Shown in pieces: positions 1 through 9,700 of a stretch of 64,000 nucleotides of DNA. Source of the stretch: an uncultured Verrucomicrobiae bacterium (GTDB lineage: Bacteria > Verrucomicrobiota > Verrucomicrobiia > Chthoniobacterales > JAFAMB01). A program made the position numbers and the translations under genes. Within the stretch, counting starts at the first letter, position 1. Every line of letters begins with the position of its first letter. Location of the stretch: NCBI GenBank assembly GCA_963793135.1, contig CAWBYX010000005.1:129203-193202 (forward strand), written 5' to 3'. A model generated the notes under the pieces. The model saw only the letters and a list, made by a program, of their open reading frames with translations. It had not been told where the DNA came from and did no database searches.

Positions 1-738
1 TTGGTGCCTGAGATAATGAACGATCGCGCCAGCCGCGCCGACGGCTACCGGCAAGTCGCTACAGCCGAAACCGTCCAGCGATTGAACGCAGAACTGCTCA
101 CGAAGTAGGTAAGAAGCTTGATCCAATTCGAAGGTATAGCCGTCATAGGAAGAGGCGCGTGGAATCTTGCGAACGAGATCCTCGTCCGAATCCGGAACCA
201 GAACTTCCGAAGGGCTGAATCGAGCCAATTCATCTTCGAGCGCGTGAAACGAATTCACCTCGGTTACTCGAAATTCGCCGGTGCTGACATCGAGGAGCGC
301 CAATCCGTACAGCTCCTTCAAGTGGCCGTCCGGAGATTGTTTTGCCGAGGTTGAGGGCCTCCGTCCGACAGCGGCCAGGAAATTGTTTTGACGAGAGTCC
401 AACAGTTGGAAGTCGCTGACCGTCCCTGGGCTGATGATCTGACTGATCTGCCTTTCCACGATCTTTCCCGGCTGCGGCTCGCTGGTTTGGTCGCAAATCG
501 CGACCTTGTGCCCGGCTTTGATCAACCGGGCGACATACCCTTCTGCGGCATGGAATGGCACACCGCACATCGGCATGCCATTGCGTTTTGTTAACGCTAC
601 ATTCAAAATCGGGGCCGCAATTTTCGCGTCTTCAAAGAAAAGTTCGTAGAAATCCCCGAGCCGAAAAAGGAGTAGAGTCCCTTCGGGCAAAGTCCGCCTG
701 ATGCTCTGGTACTGCTGCATCATTGGGGTAGCGGACAT
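1..738 (-). CDS. mutS: DNA mismatch repair protein MutS, N-terminal 246 codons (gene continues beyond window start)
   Basis: Absent from the ORF track because it has no stop in the window. Translating the minus strand from the ATG at 736-738 gives MSATPMMQQYQSIRRTLPEGTLLLFRLGDFYELFFEDAKIAAPILNVALTKRNGMPMCGVPFHAAEGYVARLIKAGHKVAICDQ..., the canonical MutS mismatch-binding N-terminus. The frame stays open to position 1. Confidence 0.9.
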   Translation of the reverse strand, partial: MSATPMMQQYQSIRRTLPEGTLLLFRLGDFYELFFEDAKIAAPILNVALTKRNGMPMCGVPFHAAEGYVARLIKAGHKVAICDQTSEPQPGKIVERQISQIISPGTVSDFQLLDSRQNNFLAAVGRRPSTSAKQSPDGHLKELYGLALLDVSTGEFRVTEVNSFHALEDELARFSPSEVLVPDSDEDLVRKIPRASSYDGYTFELDQASYLLREQFCVQSLDGFGCSDLPVAVGAAGAIVHYLRHQ

Positions 739-802
739 TTGGCGGAAACGTTAGCGACGGTGAAGACAGGATGCAAGGGCGAGGCGGCGGAGACGGGGAC
801 CT

Positions 803-835
803 GAGCCCAGGGTTTCAACCCATAAGCGCTAAGAT
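803..835 (+). repeat. short copy of the CCCAGGG-hairpin intergenic repeat family
   Basis: GAGCCCAGGGTTTCAACCCATAAGCGCTAAGAT shares the CCCAGGGTTTCAACC and A(A/G)GCGCTAA blocks with the copies at 1107-1235 (inverted) and 6505-6704. Confidence 0.6.
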
Positions 836-1106
836 AATTCTGAGGGCTCGATGGGAGAGTCGGTTTTTGTCCCGGAGGGACACGTCACGCCCGCAGTGCA
901 CTCAGTCCGCGGCCATCATCGTTGCCCCTGGACAGCACCACCCAGGGTGCGAACGGAACACAGGCCTGGAAACTGCTACCCTGAGCACGCGCCTTAAGGG
1001 GCTGCAGATCGAACGATGCTAACAACGCGAAAGCAGGGTCTCAATTGATACTCGCAATTGCGCACTCTAGTTGTCGCGCAGCAAAGGTGCGAGATTTATC
1101 GGGTCA

Positions 1107-1235
1107 GCATTAGCGCTTCAGGCCGAACTCCTTTATCTTGAGCGATCCCAGGGTTGAAACGGTTGAAACCCTGGGCTGAGTCCTGTAGCCACCTTCGGGG
1201 CATAAATCACCCCGCAAGGCCTTAATTTCGCGCCA
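1107..1235 (-). repeat. inverted copy of the CCCAGGG-hairpin intergenic repeat family
   Basis: Contains the palindrome CCCAGGGTTGAAACGGTTGAAACCCTGGG. The reverse complement reads GCCCCGAAGGTGGCT...CAGCCCAGGGTTTCAACC...GAAGCGCTAATGC, colinear with the 6505-6704 copy. Confidence 0.6.
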
Positions 1236-1387
1236 GTGGGTCAGCCTCCAGTCCATTTTAAAATTGTCACTCCCTTCTTTTCTGGCAACGTGGGTAGTCA
1301 GCCAATGTTGGCGGGTCGCTTCCAGGAACACCCCGAAGGATATTCCCCGCAAGCAACATCGCAGTTTGGCTACTGCTTACTCCCTAT

Positions 1388-3601
1388 TTGACTATGCCAA
1401 CACCGATCGGTCAGAGGCTTCGCCAAGCCGTCTTTCGATTCTTTGGGAACTTTGTCGCCGCGATCTTTTATCGAGTTCGAACCTTCGGGCTTGAAAATCT
1501 GCCAGCATCGGGCTTTTTGCTGGTCCCAAATCACATGACATATGTGGATGCGGTCGTTCTGCAGCTGGCATGCCCGAGACCGATCCGATTCATCGTCCAT
1601 GAATCCATCTATCGGATCCGATGGCTGACCCCTATTTTCAAATTGATCGAAGCCATACCGATCTCGAACGTTCGAGCCAAAGAGGCGCTCCGACACGCCT
1701 CTGAGAGAATCAGAAAAGGTGAGATCGTTTGCATCTTTCCCGAGGGTGAACTGAGCCGCACAGGTACGTTGATCAAGTTGCACAAGGGCTTCGAATTAAT
1801 TGCCAGAATCGCCGAGTGCAACGTTGTCCCCGTTTGGCTGGATGGCCTCTGGGGTTCAATTTTTTCGTTCGAAAGGGGCAGGTATTTTCTGAAGATTCCC
1901 AAGCGGATCCCGCAGATTGCGACCATTGCCTTCGGGGCGCCGATACCCCCCCACTCCGCTGAGATCGGCCTTACTCGGGAAAGGCTTCTTGACCTGGGAG
2001 AGTTCTGCTATCAAAAACGACCGGAACTTACGGGCCATCTGGGCCGGGCCACAGTGCGCGGTTTGAAACATCGACCGTTCGACGAAGCGGTGATTGATGG
2101 AATGGATGGCCGGGTATTGAAGCGCGGCGATCTACTCGCTGCCGCTATCGCGCTCAGTCGATGGATCAAGAGCCATTGTCCGGGGCAACGTGTGGCGGTG
2201 GTCCTGCCGCCGGGCGCTGGTGCCGTGGTGGCGAACGTGGCTGTAACTTTGGCGGACAAGGTAGCGGTTAATTTGAATTTCACGGCTGGGCGCGCAGCCC
2301 TCCAGTCGGCTATCCAGCGAGGGCAGATTCTTCATGCGATTTCCGCCAAGCCGGTCATGAAGCGTCTGGAAGACTTCCCTTGGCCGAGAGATGTCTTCCG
2401 TTTAGAAGAGCTGATGCCGGTCCTGAAACCGAAAATTGTCGTCTGGCGCCTTATTTCCGCTGTCACACCGGCCCGGCTGCTGAGTGATCTTCTCGGCCTC
2501 CCCAAAACGGCTGATCGGAAAGAGGCGGTACTTCTCTTCACCAGCGGTTCCTCCGGCGAACCGAAAGGAGTCGTGCTGAGTCACCGAAACATCCTGGGGA
2601 ACGTTCAGCAGTTTAGCTCCATGCTCAATCTTGGGCGTGAAGATTCCGTCATGGCGTCCCTTCCGTTCTTTCACAGTTTTGGCTGCACGGTGACATTGTG
2701 GTACCCGATGATTGGCGGGGTACGCGCGATAACCTATCCCACTCCGGTCGACGTGGTCAAAAACGCGGAGATGATCGAGCGTTATAAGATCTCGCTATTG
2801 GTGACGACGCCCACGTTTTTGCGAGGATACCTGAAACGTGCTGAACCCAAACAGTTTGCCAGCATCAAGCTCCTGGTCACCGGAGCGGAAAAGCTCCCCA
2901 GGGAACTTGGGGAAGCGTTCGAGCAGAAATTCGGCAAACATGTGCTGGAGGGTTATGGGTTAACCGAAACAGCTCCCGTCGTCAGTACGAACCTACCCGA
3001 CCCTGCCCCGAGCCGACCCAACGATACCGTGCAGCCGTCCAGCCGGGTAGGGTCCGTCGGTAAATTGCTACCGGGGGAAGCCGCGCAGATCCGCGATCCG
3101 GAAAACAATGCTTTGTTGTCACCTCACCAACTCGGGATGCTCTGGTTAAAAGGGCCAAACATCTTCGAGGGCTATCTCAATGAACCGGAACGAACAGCGG
3201 ATGTCCTGCAAAACGGATGGTTCAAAACGGGTGACCTCGGCCGCCTCGACGAAGACGGATTCCTCTACATCGAGGGACGATTGTCACGATTCTCTAAAAT
3301 CGCCGGCGAGATGGTTCCGCACGAAACGATCGAAGCGAAAATCGCCGAAGCGTTTGGCTTGAAAATGGACGAAGAGCGAGCAGTCGCGGTGGTCGGCGTA
3401 CCGGATCAGGCGAAAGGCGAAGCTCTCGTTTTACTCGCCACTCGAGAGCTTTCCGCAGAGAAAATTCGAGCGCATCTGCTGGCATCCGGTCTGCCGAACC
3501 TCTGGGTCCCGCGCACTATCAAGCGAGTCGAGAAAATTCCGATTCTCGGCTCAGGAAAGCTTGATCTCGGGAAATGCAAGGAATTGGCCTTGGAGCGGTG
3601 A
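1388..3601 (+). CDS. aas: bifunctional lysophospholipid acyltransferase / acyl-ACP (AMP-dependent) synthetase, Aas-like
   Basis: 737-aa ORF. The N-terminal half carries PlsC-type motifs (NHMTYVDAVV = HX4D; FPEGELSRTG). The C-terminal half carries AMP-binding motifs (FTSGSSGEPKGVVLSH, GWFKTGDLG, GSGKLD). Same two-domain order as E. coli Aas. Confidence 0.8.
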   Translation: MTMPTPIGQRLRQAVFRFFGNFVAAIFYRVRTFGLENLPASGFLLVPNHMTYVDAVVLQLACPRPIRFIVHESIYRIRWLTPIFKLIEAIPISNVRAKEALRHASERIRKGEIVCIFPEGELSRTGTLIKLHKGFELIARIAECNVVPVWLDGLWGSIFSFERGRYFLKIPKRIPQIATIAFGAPIPPHSAEIGLTRERLLDLGEFCYQKRPELTGHLGRATVRGLKHRPFDEAVIDGMDGRVLKRGDLLAAAIALSRWIKSHCPGQRVAVVLPPGAGAVVANVAVTLADKVAVNLNFTAGRAALQSAIQRGQILHAISAKPVMKRLEDFPWPRDVFRLEELMPVLKPKIVVWRLISAVTPARLLSDLLGLPKTADRKEAVLLFTSGSSGEPKGVVLSHRNILGNVQQFSSMLNLGREDSVMASLPFFHSFGCTVTLWYPMIGGVRAITYPTPVDVVKNAEMIERYKISLLVTTPTFLRGYLKRAEPKQFASIKLLVTGAEKLPRELGEAFEQKFGKHVLEGYGLTETAPVVSTNLPDPAPSRPNDTVQPSSRVGSVGKLLPGEAAQIRDPENNALLSPHQLGMLWLKGPNIFEGYLNEPERTADVLQNGWFKTGDLGRLDEDGFLYIEGRLSRFSKIAGEMVPHETIEAKIAEAFGLKMDEERAVAVVGVPDQAKGEALVLLATRELSAEKIRAHLLASGLPNLWVPRTIKRVEKIPILGSGKLDLGKCKELALER

Positions 3602-3602
3602 G

Positions 3603-3658
3603 GGCGTTTGGCGTTCGGCGTTCGGCGTTCGGCGTTTGGCGTTCAGCGTTTGGCGTTC
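3603..3658. repeat. tandem heptamer array (GGCGTT[C/T]) x8
   Basis: GGCGTTT GGCGTTC GGCGTTC GGCGTTC GGCGTTT GGCGTTC AGCGTTT GGCGTTC. It fills the whole spacer between the convergent stop codons at 3599-3601 and 3657-3659. Confidence 0.95.
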
Positions 3659-4352
3659 AGCTTCCTGGCTTCTTGTCCGAGCCTACCGGGGCGACAACCG
3701 GAGGCACAGGAGTGCTGCCGGAAACAACGGCCGCCTGCGCGACTGGCAGGGGTGGTGCCTGACTGGCGATCGGACCGCTCACCACATGAGGATTGCTTGC
3801 CGGAGCCAAAGAGTCCGGCAATGAACCGGGGATAATTTCGACGGTTGCGCCGACGCCAACTGCGTTGAAAACCCGAAGCATATCCACTGACTTCATTCGA
3901 ACACACCCGAAACTGGCCGGATGCCCGACATTGCGCTCTTCGGGTGTACCATGAATATAAATGCACCGCGCGAAGGCGTGGCGGTTCTGTGGTTCAAGAC
4001 CTTTCAGCCAGAGGATTCGAGTCACGATCGGGTCTCGGCCCGGAGCATTCGGCACCAGCACTTCGCCGGTTCGCCGCCGACTTTTGAAAACGGCCCCAAG
4101 CGGCGCGCCCGCACCAATCTTGATCGCCACTTCCATTCTTCCGAGCGGCGTCGCCCGACTGCCGGGTCGATCTCCCAACCCGAACCGTGAGGTCGAGACT
4201 GGATAGCGTCCAAGCAGCGTCTCCTTGTGATAAAGCTCGAGGCTTTGATCCGCTACACTGACCACAATTCGGTGATCACTGTCCTTGGTCACGCACGACG
4301 AGAAGAAAAGCGCCAGGGCGAGCAGTAAAAAAACAGACCAACAACGGATCAT
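3657..4352 (-). CDS. L,D-transpeptidase (YkuD domain), secreted/lipoprotein-like
   Basis: 231-aa ORF. Hydrophobic N-terminus MIRCWSVFLLLALALFFSSC, YkuD catalytic motif HGTPEERNVGHPASFGCVRM, and a Pro/Ala-rich C-terminal tail. Confidence 0.85.
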   Translation of the reverse strand: MIRCWSVFLLLALALFFSSCVTKDSDHRIVVSVADQSLELYHKETLLGRYPVSTSRFGLGDRPGSRATPLGRMEVAIKIGAGAPLGAVFKSRRRTGEVLVPNAPGRDPIVTRILWLKGLEPQNRHAFARCIYIHGTPEERNVGHPASFGCVRMKSVDMLRVFNAVGVGATVEIIPGSLPDSLAPASNPHVVSGPIASQAPPLPVAQAAVVSGSTPVPPVVAPVGSDKKPGS

Positions 4353-4428
4353 GCAGCTGACTTATAACAAAAGATCAGCACAGATCAACGCCAAGGGCGG
4401 ACCCCTTCTGCAAACAGGAGGCCCCTTG

Positions 4429-5037
4429 CTACTCTCCGCCAGCGGTTTCTTCCCCTACAGCGTACCGCGCAAAACGGCGGATTACGATGTTCTCGCCAAG
4501 TTCTGCGATCTTTAGCGAGACCAGATCCTTAATCGTTTGCTCCGGATTTTTGATGAATGCCTGATCCAGCAAACAAACGCCACTATAGAATTTGTCGATT
4601 TTCCCTTCGACAATTTTCTCAACGATATTGGCCGGCTTCCCTGTGACTTGAGCACGATAAATCTCGCGTTCCCGTTCAACAGACGAAAGCGGAACCTGAT
4701 CCCGGCTTACATACAGCGGGTGCGCAGCGGCAATGTGGAGAGTGATGTCTTTGACGAAATCGCGAAAATTATCGTTTTTCGCCACGAAATCGGTCTCACA
4801 GTTTATTTCGACGAGGACTCCCACCTTTCCCTGTAGGTGAATGTAAGAAGCAACCACGCCTTCTTTAGCGGATCGGGACGCTTTCTTGGAAGCACTTGCG
4901 ATCCCCTTTTTGCGCAGGAGGTCTTCAGCCTTGGCAAGATCGCCGTCAGACTCGACGAGCGCTTTTTTGCAGTCCATCATGCCAGCGTTGGTCTTATCAC
5001 GCAACTGCTTGACGAGGGTAGGATTGACTTCAGCCAT
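4429..5037 (-). CDS. tsf: translation elongation factor Ts
   Basis: 202-aa ORF. VKQLRDKTNAGMMDCKKALVESDGDLAKAEDLLRKKG (UBA-like N-terminus) and EINCETDFVAKN. Lies immediately downstream of rpsB, as in most bacteria. Confidence 0.95.
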   Translation of the reverse strand: MAEVNPTLVKQLRDKTNAGMMDCKKALVESDGDLAKAEDLLRKKGIASASKKASRSAKEGVVASYIHLQGKVGVLVEINCETDFVAKNDNFRDFVKDITLHIAAAHPLYVSRDQVPLSSVEREREIYRAQVTGKPANIVEKIVEGKIDKFYSGVCLLDQAFIKNPEQTIKDLVSLKIAELGENIVIRRFARYAVGEETAGGE

Positions 5038-5051
5038 AACAAAACGAACGC

Positions 5052-5780
5052 TTACTCCGCCACCGCCGCAAGATTGGCTGTGTCTTCCTTGTTTGCCTCG
5101 TGAGCCGCTGTGTAGATCGCATCGACCAATTTCTGGAGAATGACTCGAATCGCGCGGATGGCGTCGTCATTTCCCGCAATCGGATAACTGACTTGATCCG
5201 GATCCGCGTTGGTATCAACAATTGCGACCGTGGGAATCTTGAGCCGCTGGGCTTCCGCGACGGCAATTGATTCCCGGGAGGTGTCGATAATAACCATCGC
5301 ATCAGGAAGTCGGTCCATGGTCCGGATGCCTTCCAGGTTTCGACGCAACTTCTCGGCCTCACGCCGGAGCGCGGAGAGTTCCTGCTTACCCATCTTCGAG
5401 TATTCTGGCGATTTTTCGATCTGCTCGAGATAAGTCAGGCGTCCAACACTTTTGCGAATGGTTGTCAGGTTCGTCAGCGTCCCCCCCAACCATCGTTGAT
5501 TCACATAGTACTGGCCACACGCAACCGCAGCTTCCTTAACCGCCTCCTGGGCCTGCTTTTTGCATCCGATGAAAAGCACCTTGCCGTTCTGTCTCGCGAC
5601 ATTGGCCAAAAAGTCTGTCGCCACCTGCAGCTGCTTTACGGTTTCGCCGAGATTAATGATGTAGATCGAATTTCTCTTCTCGAAGATAAAGGGCTTCATC
5701 TTCGGATTCCATCGCTTCGTCTGGTGCCCAAAATGAACTCCTGCCTCCAGAAGTTCCGTCATTAATTCCATTGAAGACAT
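5052..5780 (-). CDS. rpsB: 30S ribosomal protein S2
   Basis: 242-aa ORF. LLEAGVHFGHQTKRWNPKMKPFIF and DPDQVSYPIAGNDDAIRA motifs. rpsB-tsf synteny. Confidence 0.95.
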   Translation of the reverse strand: MSSMELMTELLEAGVHFGHQTKRWNPKMKPFIFEKRNSIYIINLGETVKQLQVATDFLANVARQNGKVLFIGCKKQAQEAVKEAAVACGQYYVNQRWLGGTLTNLTTIRKSVGRLTYLEQIEKSPEYSKMGKQELSALRREAEKLRRNLEGIRTMDRLPDAMVIIDTSRESIAVAEAQRLKIPTVAIVDTNADPDQVSYPIAGNDDAIRAIRVILQKLVDAIYTAAHEANKEDTANLAAVAE

Positions 5781-5928
5781 ATTCGTTCTCTGACAGCTGC
5801 CGTTTTTGCTTGGGTTGTTTCCGTGTAGAGCCGAAGACTATCCCGTAGTGTCTCCGGTCGCGCAAGGGATTTTCGAAGAAAGAAAGCTCGGAAAGAGGAC
5901 GCAGACACGGGACTTCTTCGTCTGCCTC

Positions 5929-6465
5929 TCAGGTGTCCTTTGTCTCGATATACCGGGCAAACAACCAAAGGATATCCGATAGCCGGTTCAGGTAGCGAAT
6001 ACTCTCGGCATTCACATAGCCTGAGCTCTCGCTGAGGCCAACAACCCGGCGTTCCGCTCGTCGACAGGTGGTCCGCGCCAGATCCAGAGCCGCCGAGCTC
6101 AGATTGTGACCCGGGGTCGCCCAGTGCTTAAAAGTGACATGATAATTTTTCTCCAAATCATTCACCACATCGGTCAAGCGGTTCACGGCCGCCTCATTCA
6201 CTATTTCATAGCCTTCTTTCAAGTAGCGTTCACGATCTTGGTCAGCGACCGCCAACTCCCCCATTAAAAGAACCAGTTCCTTCTGCACAGAGAGGACGAC
6301 CTCCTGGACGAGACTTTCCTGTGTGGTGGCACGGACCAACCCCAGGGCCGCGTTCAACTCATCCACCGTGCCATAGGCATCGACTCGCCGGTCCGCTTTC
6401 GGCACCCGGCGGCCGTACATCAACGAAGTTTCACCAGCATCGCCGGTTTTGGTGGCAATCGACAT
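5929..6465 (-). CDS. ATP:cob(I)alamin adenosyltransferase, PduO/MMAB type
   Basis: 178-aa ORF. TKTGDAGETSL...RVDAYGTVDELNAALGL N-terminus is typical of the PduO-type ATR family. Confidence 0.85.
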   Translation of the reverse strand: MSIATKTGDAGETSLMYGRRVPKADRRVDAYGTVDELNAALGLVRATTQESLVQEVVLSVQKELVLLMGELAVADQDRERYLKEGYEIVNEAAVNRLTDVVNDLEKNYHVTFKHWATPGHNLSSAALDLARTTCRRAERRVVGLSESSGYVNAESIRYLNRLSDILWLFARYIETKDT

Positions 6466-6504
6466 CAGTAGGGAGCGTTTATCCTCCGTGGTCCGAACTG
6501 TTAG

Positions 6505-6704
6505 CGCTGGTCATGGCTTTGCCCCGAAGGGGCTGTTGAGGGCATCCAGTGGCCCAGGGCTTTCAACCCTGGGTAACCGCCCTCGGTCAAGTGACGCGCT
6601 CCTCCATTAGCCCGCACGGGCCCTCGAGGTGCTAAAAGCGGACGATAAACATGCCTTCCGGACGCATCATAGGCGCTAAGCACGGGGCCGCCTAGTGCGG
6701 CCCC
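6505..6704 (+). repeat. long copy of the CCCAGGG-hairpin repeat family plus a GC hairpin directly after the rpoC stop
   Basis: GCCCCGAAGGGGCT...GGCCCAGGGCTTTCAACCCTGGGTAAC...CATAGGCGCTAAGCAC, followed by GGGGCCGCctagtGCGGCCCC (6684-6704). The hairpin abuts the rpoC stop codon (6710-6712) and may act as its terminator, although it has no U-tract. Confidence 0.55.
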
Positions 6705-6709
6705 TCTGT

Positions 6710-9700
6710 TTAGCCAACGGCCACAGGCTCAATCTCGACCGCCACTGCCTTCCCAATCGGTTCGCCGGTTTCCAGCGTACGAATACTGCGATGGCCCATG
6801 AAACCGGTTCCGGCCGGAATCAGGTGACCCATGATCACATTTTCCTTGAAGCCGCGGAGATAGTCGATCTTACCAAGCGTCGCCGCCTCCGTTAACACCC
6901 GGGTGGTATCCTGGAACGAAGCAGCTGAGATGAAGCTATCGGTCTCGAGTGAAGCCTTGGTGATCCCGAGGAGGACCGGAACAGCTTCGGCGGGTTTGCC
7001 ACCTTGCTCAATGACCCGACGGTTTTCCTTGTCAAACTCAAGCCGGTCCACCTGATCGCCCCAGAGCAATTCGGTGTCGCCTGGTTCAGTGACCTTGACC
7101 TTTCTCAACATCTGCCGAACGATGATCTCAATGTGCTTGTCGTTGATCTCGACGCCTTGCAGCCGGTAAACCTCCTGAACCTCGTTCACGAGATGCTCCT
7201 GAAGATCTTGTGGCCCGCAGACATCCAGAATTTCATGCGGCACAATTGGTCCCTCGGTCAATTGCGATCCCTTCTTCACAAAATCGCCCTTGAACACAAT
7301 CATGTGTTTGTTCAGACGGAATCAGATGCTCTTCCTCCTGACCCGACACCGGATCCCTGAGAATCAAACGGCGTTTGCCTCGGACGGTCCCGCCAAACTC
7401 GACTAACCCGTCGATCTTGGCGATCTCGGCGGCATCTTTCGGACGCCGCGCCTCGAACAATTCCGCCACCCGGGGCAGACCACCGGTAATGTCCTTGGTC
7501 TTGGCAATCTTCCGCGGTGTCTTGGCCAGCAGCGTGCCGGCCTGCACTCGCTTGTGTTCCGGCACCACCACGTGCGCACCGGCAGGTATCGAGTAGCTCG
7601 CAACAACTTCTTCTTTGTCGCCGATGATCACCGTCTGCGGGTGCAGATCCTCTTTATGCTCGATTACGACGGTGCCCATCACGCCCGTTGCTTCATCGAT
7701 CTCCCGCTTCACGGTAACGCCAGGAATCATATCCCGGAATTCCACGCGCCCGGTTCTTTCGGTCAAGATTGGCACGTTATACGGGTCCCACTGCACGAAC
7801 GTGTCACCTTTCTTCACCAAGGCACCGTCAGCAACGGAAATCACCGAACCGATCACCACATTGTAGCGTTCGAATTCGCGTCCGTCCTTGGCATGCACCG
7901 AGACAGAACCGTTCTTGTTCAGAACAATGAAATTACCGTCCACCGACTGAACCACCCGAAGATCGTTAAAGTGGACGTTTCCGTCATTCTTCGCTTTGAT
8001 GATCGGCTGCTTAAAGAGCTGCGTAGCGGTTCCACCGATATGGAAGGTACGCATGGTGAGCTGGGTACCCGGTTCACCAATGCTTTGGGCGGCAATAATC
8101 CCGACTGCTTCACCAAGCTTCACCATTCGCCCGGTCGCAAGATTCCGGCCATAGCACTGAGCGCAAACCCCGCGCTTTGATTCGCAGGTGAGAACCGACC
8201 GGATCTTCAGTTGTTCGACGCCGATTTTCATCAACGCGTTGGCCTGCCCTTCTTCGATCAGCTGGTTCGCCTTGATGATCATCTCTTTGGTCACCGGGTT
8301 GCCAATCGTTTCGCAACTGACGCGTCCGACGATTCGGGTCGCCAAATCGACCACTTCATCATCCCCTTCGTAGATTGGGCGGACCAGGATTCCATTGGCC
8401 GTTCCACAATCCGGCTCAACAATGATGACATCCTGCGCAGCATCGACCAGTTTTCGAGTCAGATATCCTGAATCAGCCGTTTTCAACGCTGTATCGGCAA
8501 GACCTTTGCGTGCGCCGTGGGTCGAAATAAAATATTCCAATACCGAGAGACCCTCACGGAAGTTCGAGGTGATCGGGCGTTCAATGATTTCACCTGACGG
8601 TTTGGCCATCAAACCGCGCATCCCAGCCAACTGCTTGATCTGTTGACGATTGCCTCGAGCGCCGGAATCCTGCATTAAAAACACCGGATTCAGCTCTCGA
8701 CGTCCCTCATTGTGCTCCAAGAGTCCGGAACATCACGTTCGAGATTTCTTCTCCCGCGTGAGTCCAAATATCGATGATCTTATTGTATCGCTCGCCGTCC
8801 GTAATGATACCGCTGCGATACTGCTTTTCGACCAGTGAGATCTGTTTGTAAGCTTTATCGAGCTCGATCTTCTTTTCGTCCGGAATGATCATATCGGTGA
8901 TCCCGATGGAGACTCCGGCCCGGGTTGCCCAACTAAATCCGAGTTCCTTCAGACGATCCAGCGTCTCAACGGTCCTCTGTTGACCCGACACCTGGTAGGT
9001 ACGCCAGATGATGTCGCTCAACTGCTTCTTTCCCGCGACCTTGTTGTAAAAGCCGAGACCTTCCGGCCAGATTCCATTGAAAATCACCCGGCCTGCGGTC
9101 GTCTCGATCACTTTGAGGTCCGGATTTCCGTAGATCGTTGTTTTGCCGACATTCGGATTCTTGAACCGAATCTTTTCGTGGATCTTGACGGCCTTTTCGG
9201 CCAGCGCAAATTCGATTTCCGGCAGTTCCGAAAACAACCGGAGACGTTCACCGACCTGTGCGGTCTTTCGCGGATTCTGCGTCAAGTAGTAGCAGCCCAG
9301 CACAATATCCTGAGAGGGGGTCGTAATTGGTTTTCCGCTCGAGGGCGAAAAGATATTGTTAGGCGCCAGCATCAGCAGGCGGGCCTCCATCTGTGCTTCC
9401 ACAGAGAGCGGCACGTGAACCGCCATCTGGTCCCCGTCAAAGTCGGCGTTGTAAGCGGTACAAACCAATGGGTGAATACGGATCGCCTCGCCTTCAATCA
9501 GCATGGGCTCAAACGCCTGAATCGACAAACGGTGAAGCGTCGGAGCCCGGTTCAATAGCACCGGGTGTCCTTTGGTGACTTCTTCAAGAATGTCCCAGAC
9601 TTCAGGGGTCTGACGCTCGATCATCTTTTTAGCGCTCCGGACCGTGTGGACGTATCCAAGCTCTTTGAGTCGCCGAATGATGAACGGTTCGAACAAGACC

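Noticed and set aside
771-1352. ORFs 771-1022 (+), 1110-1352 (-) and 1264-1494 (+) in the mutS-aas spacer
   Set aside because: They are short, overlap the CCCAGGG repeat copies or the aas start region, and show no coding-like motifs. They are better explained as repeat-containing intergenic DNA.
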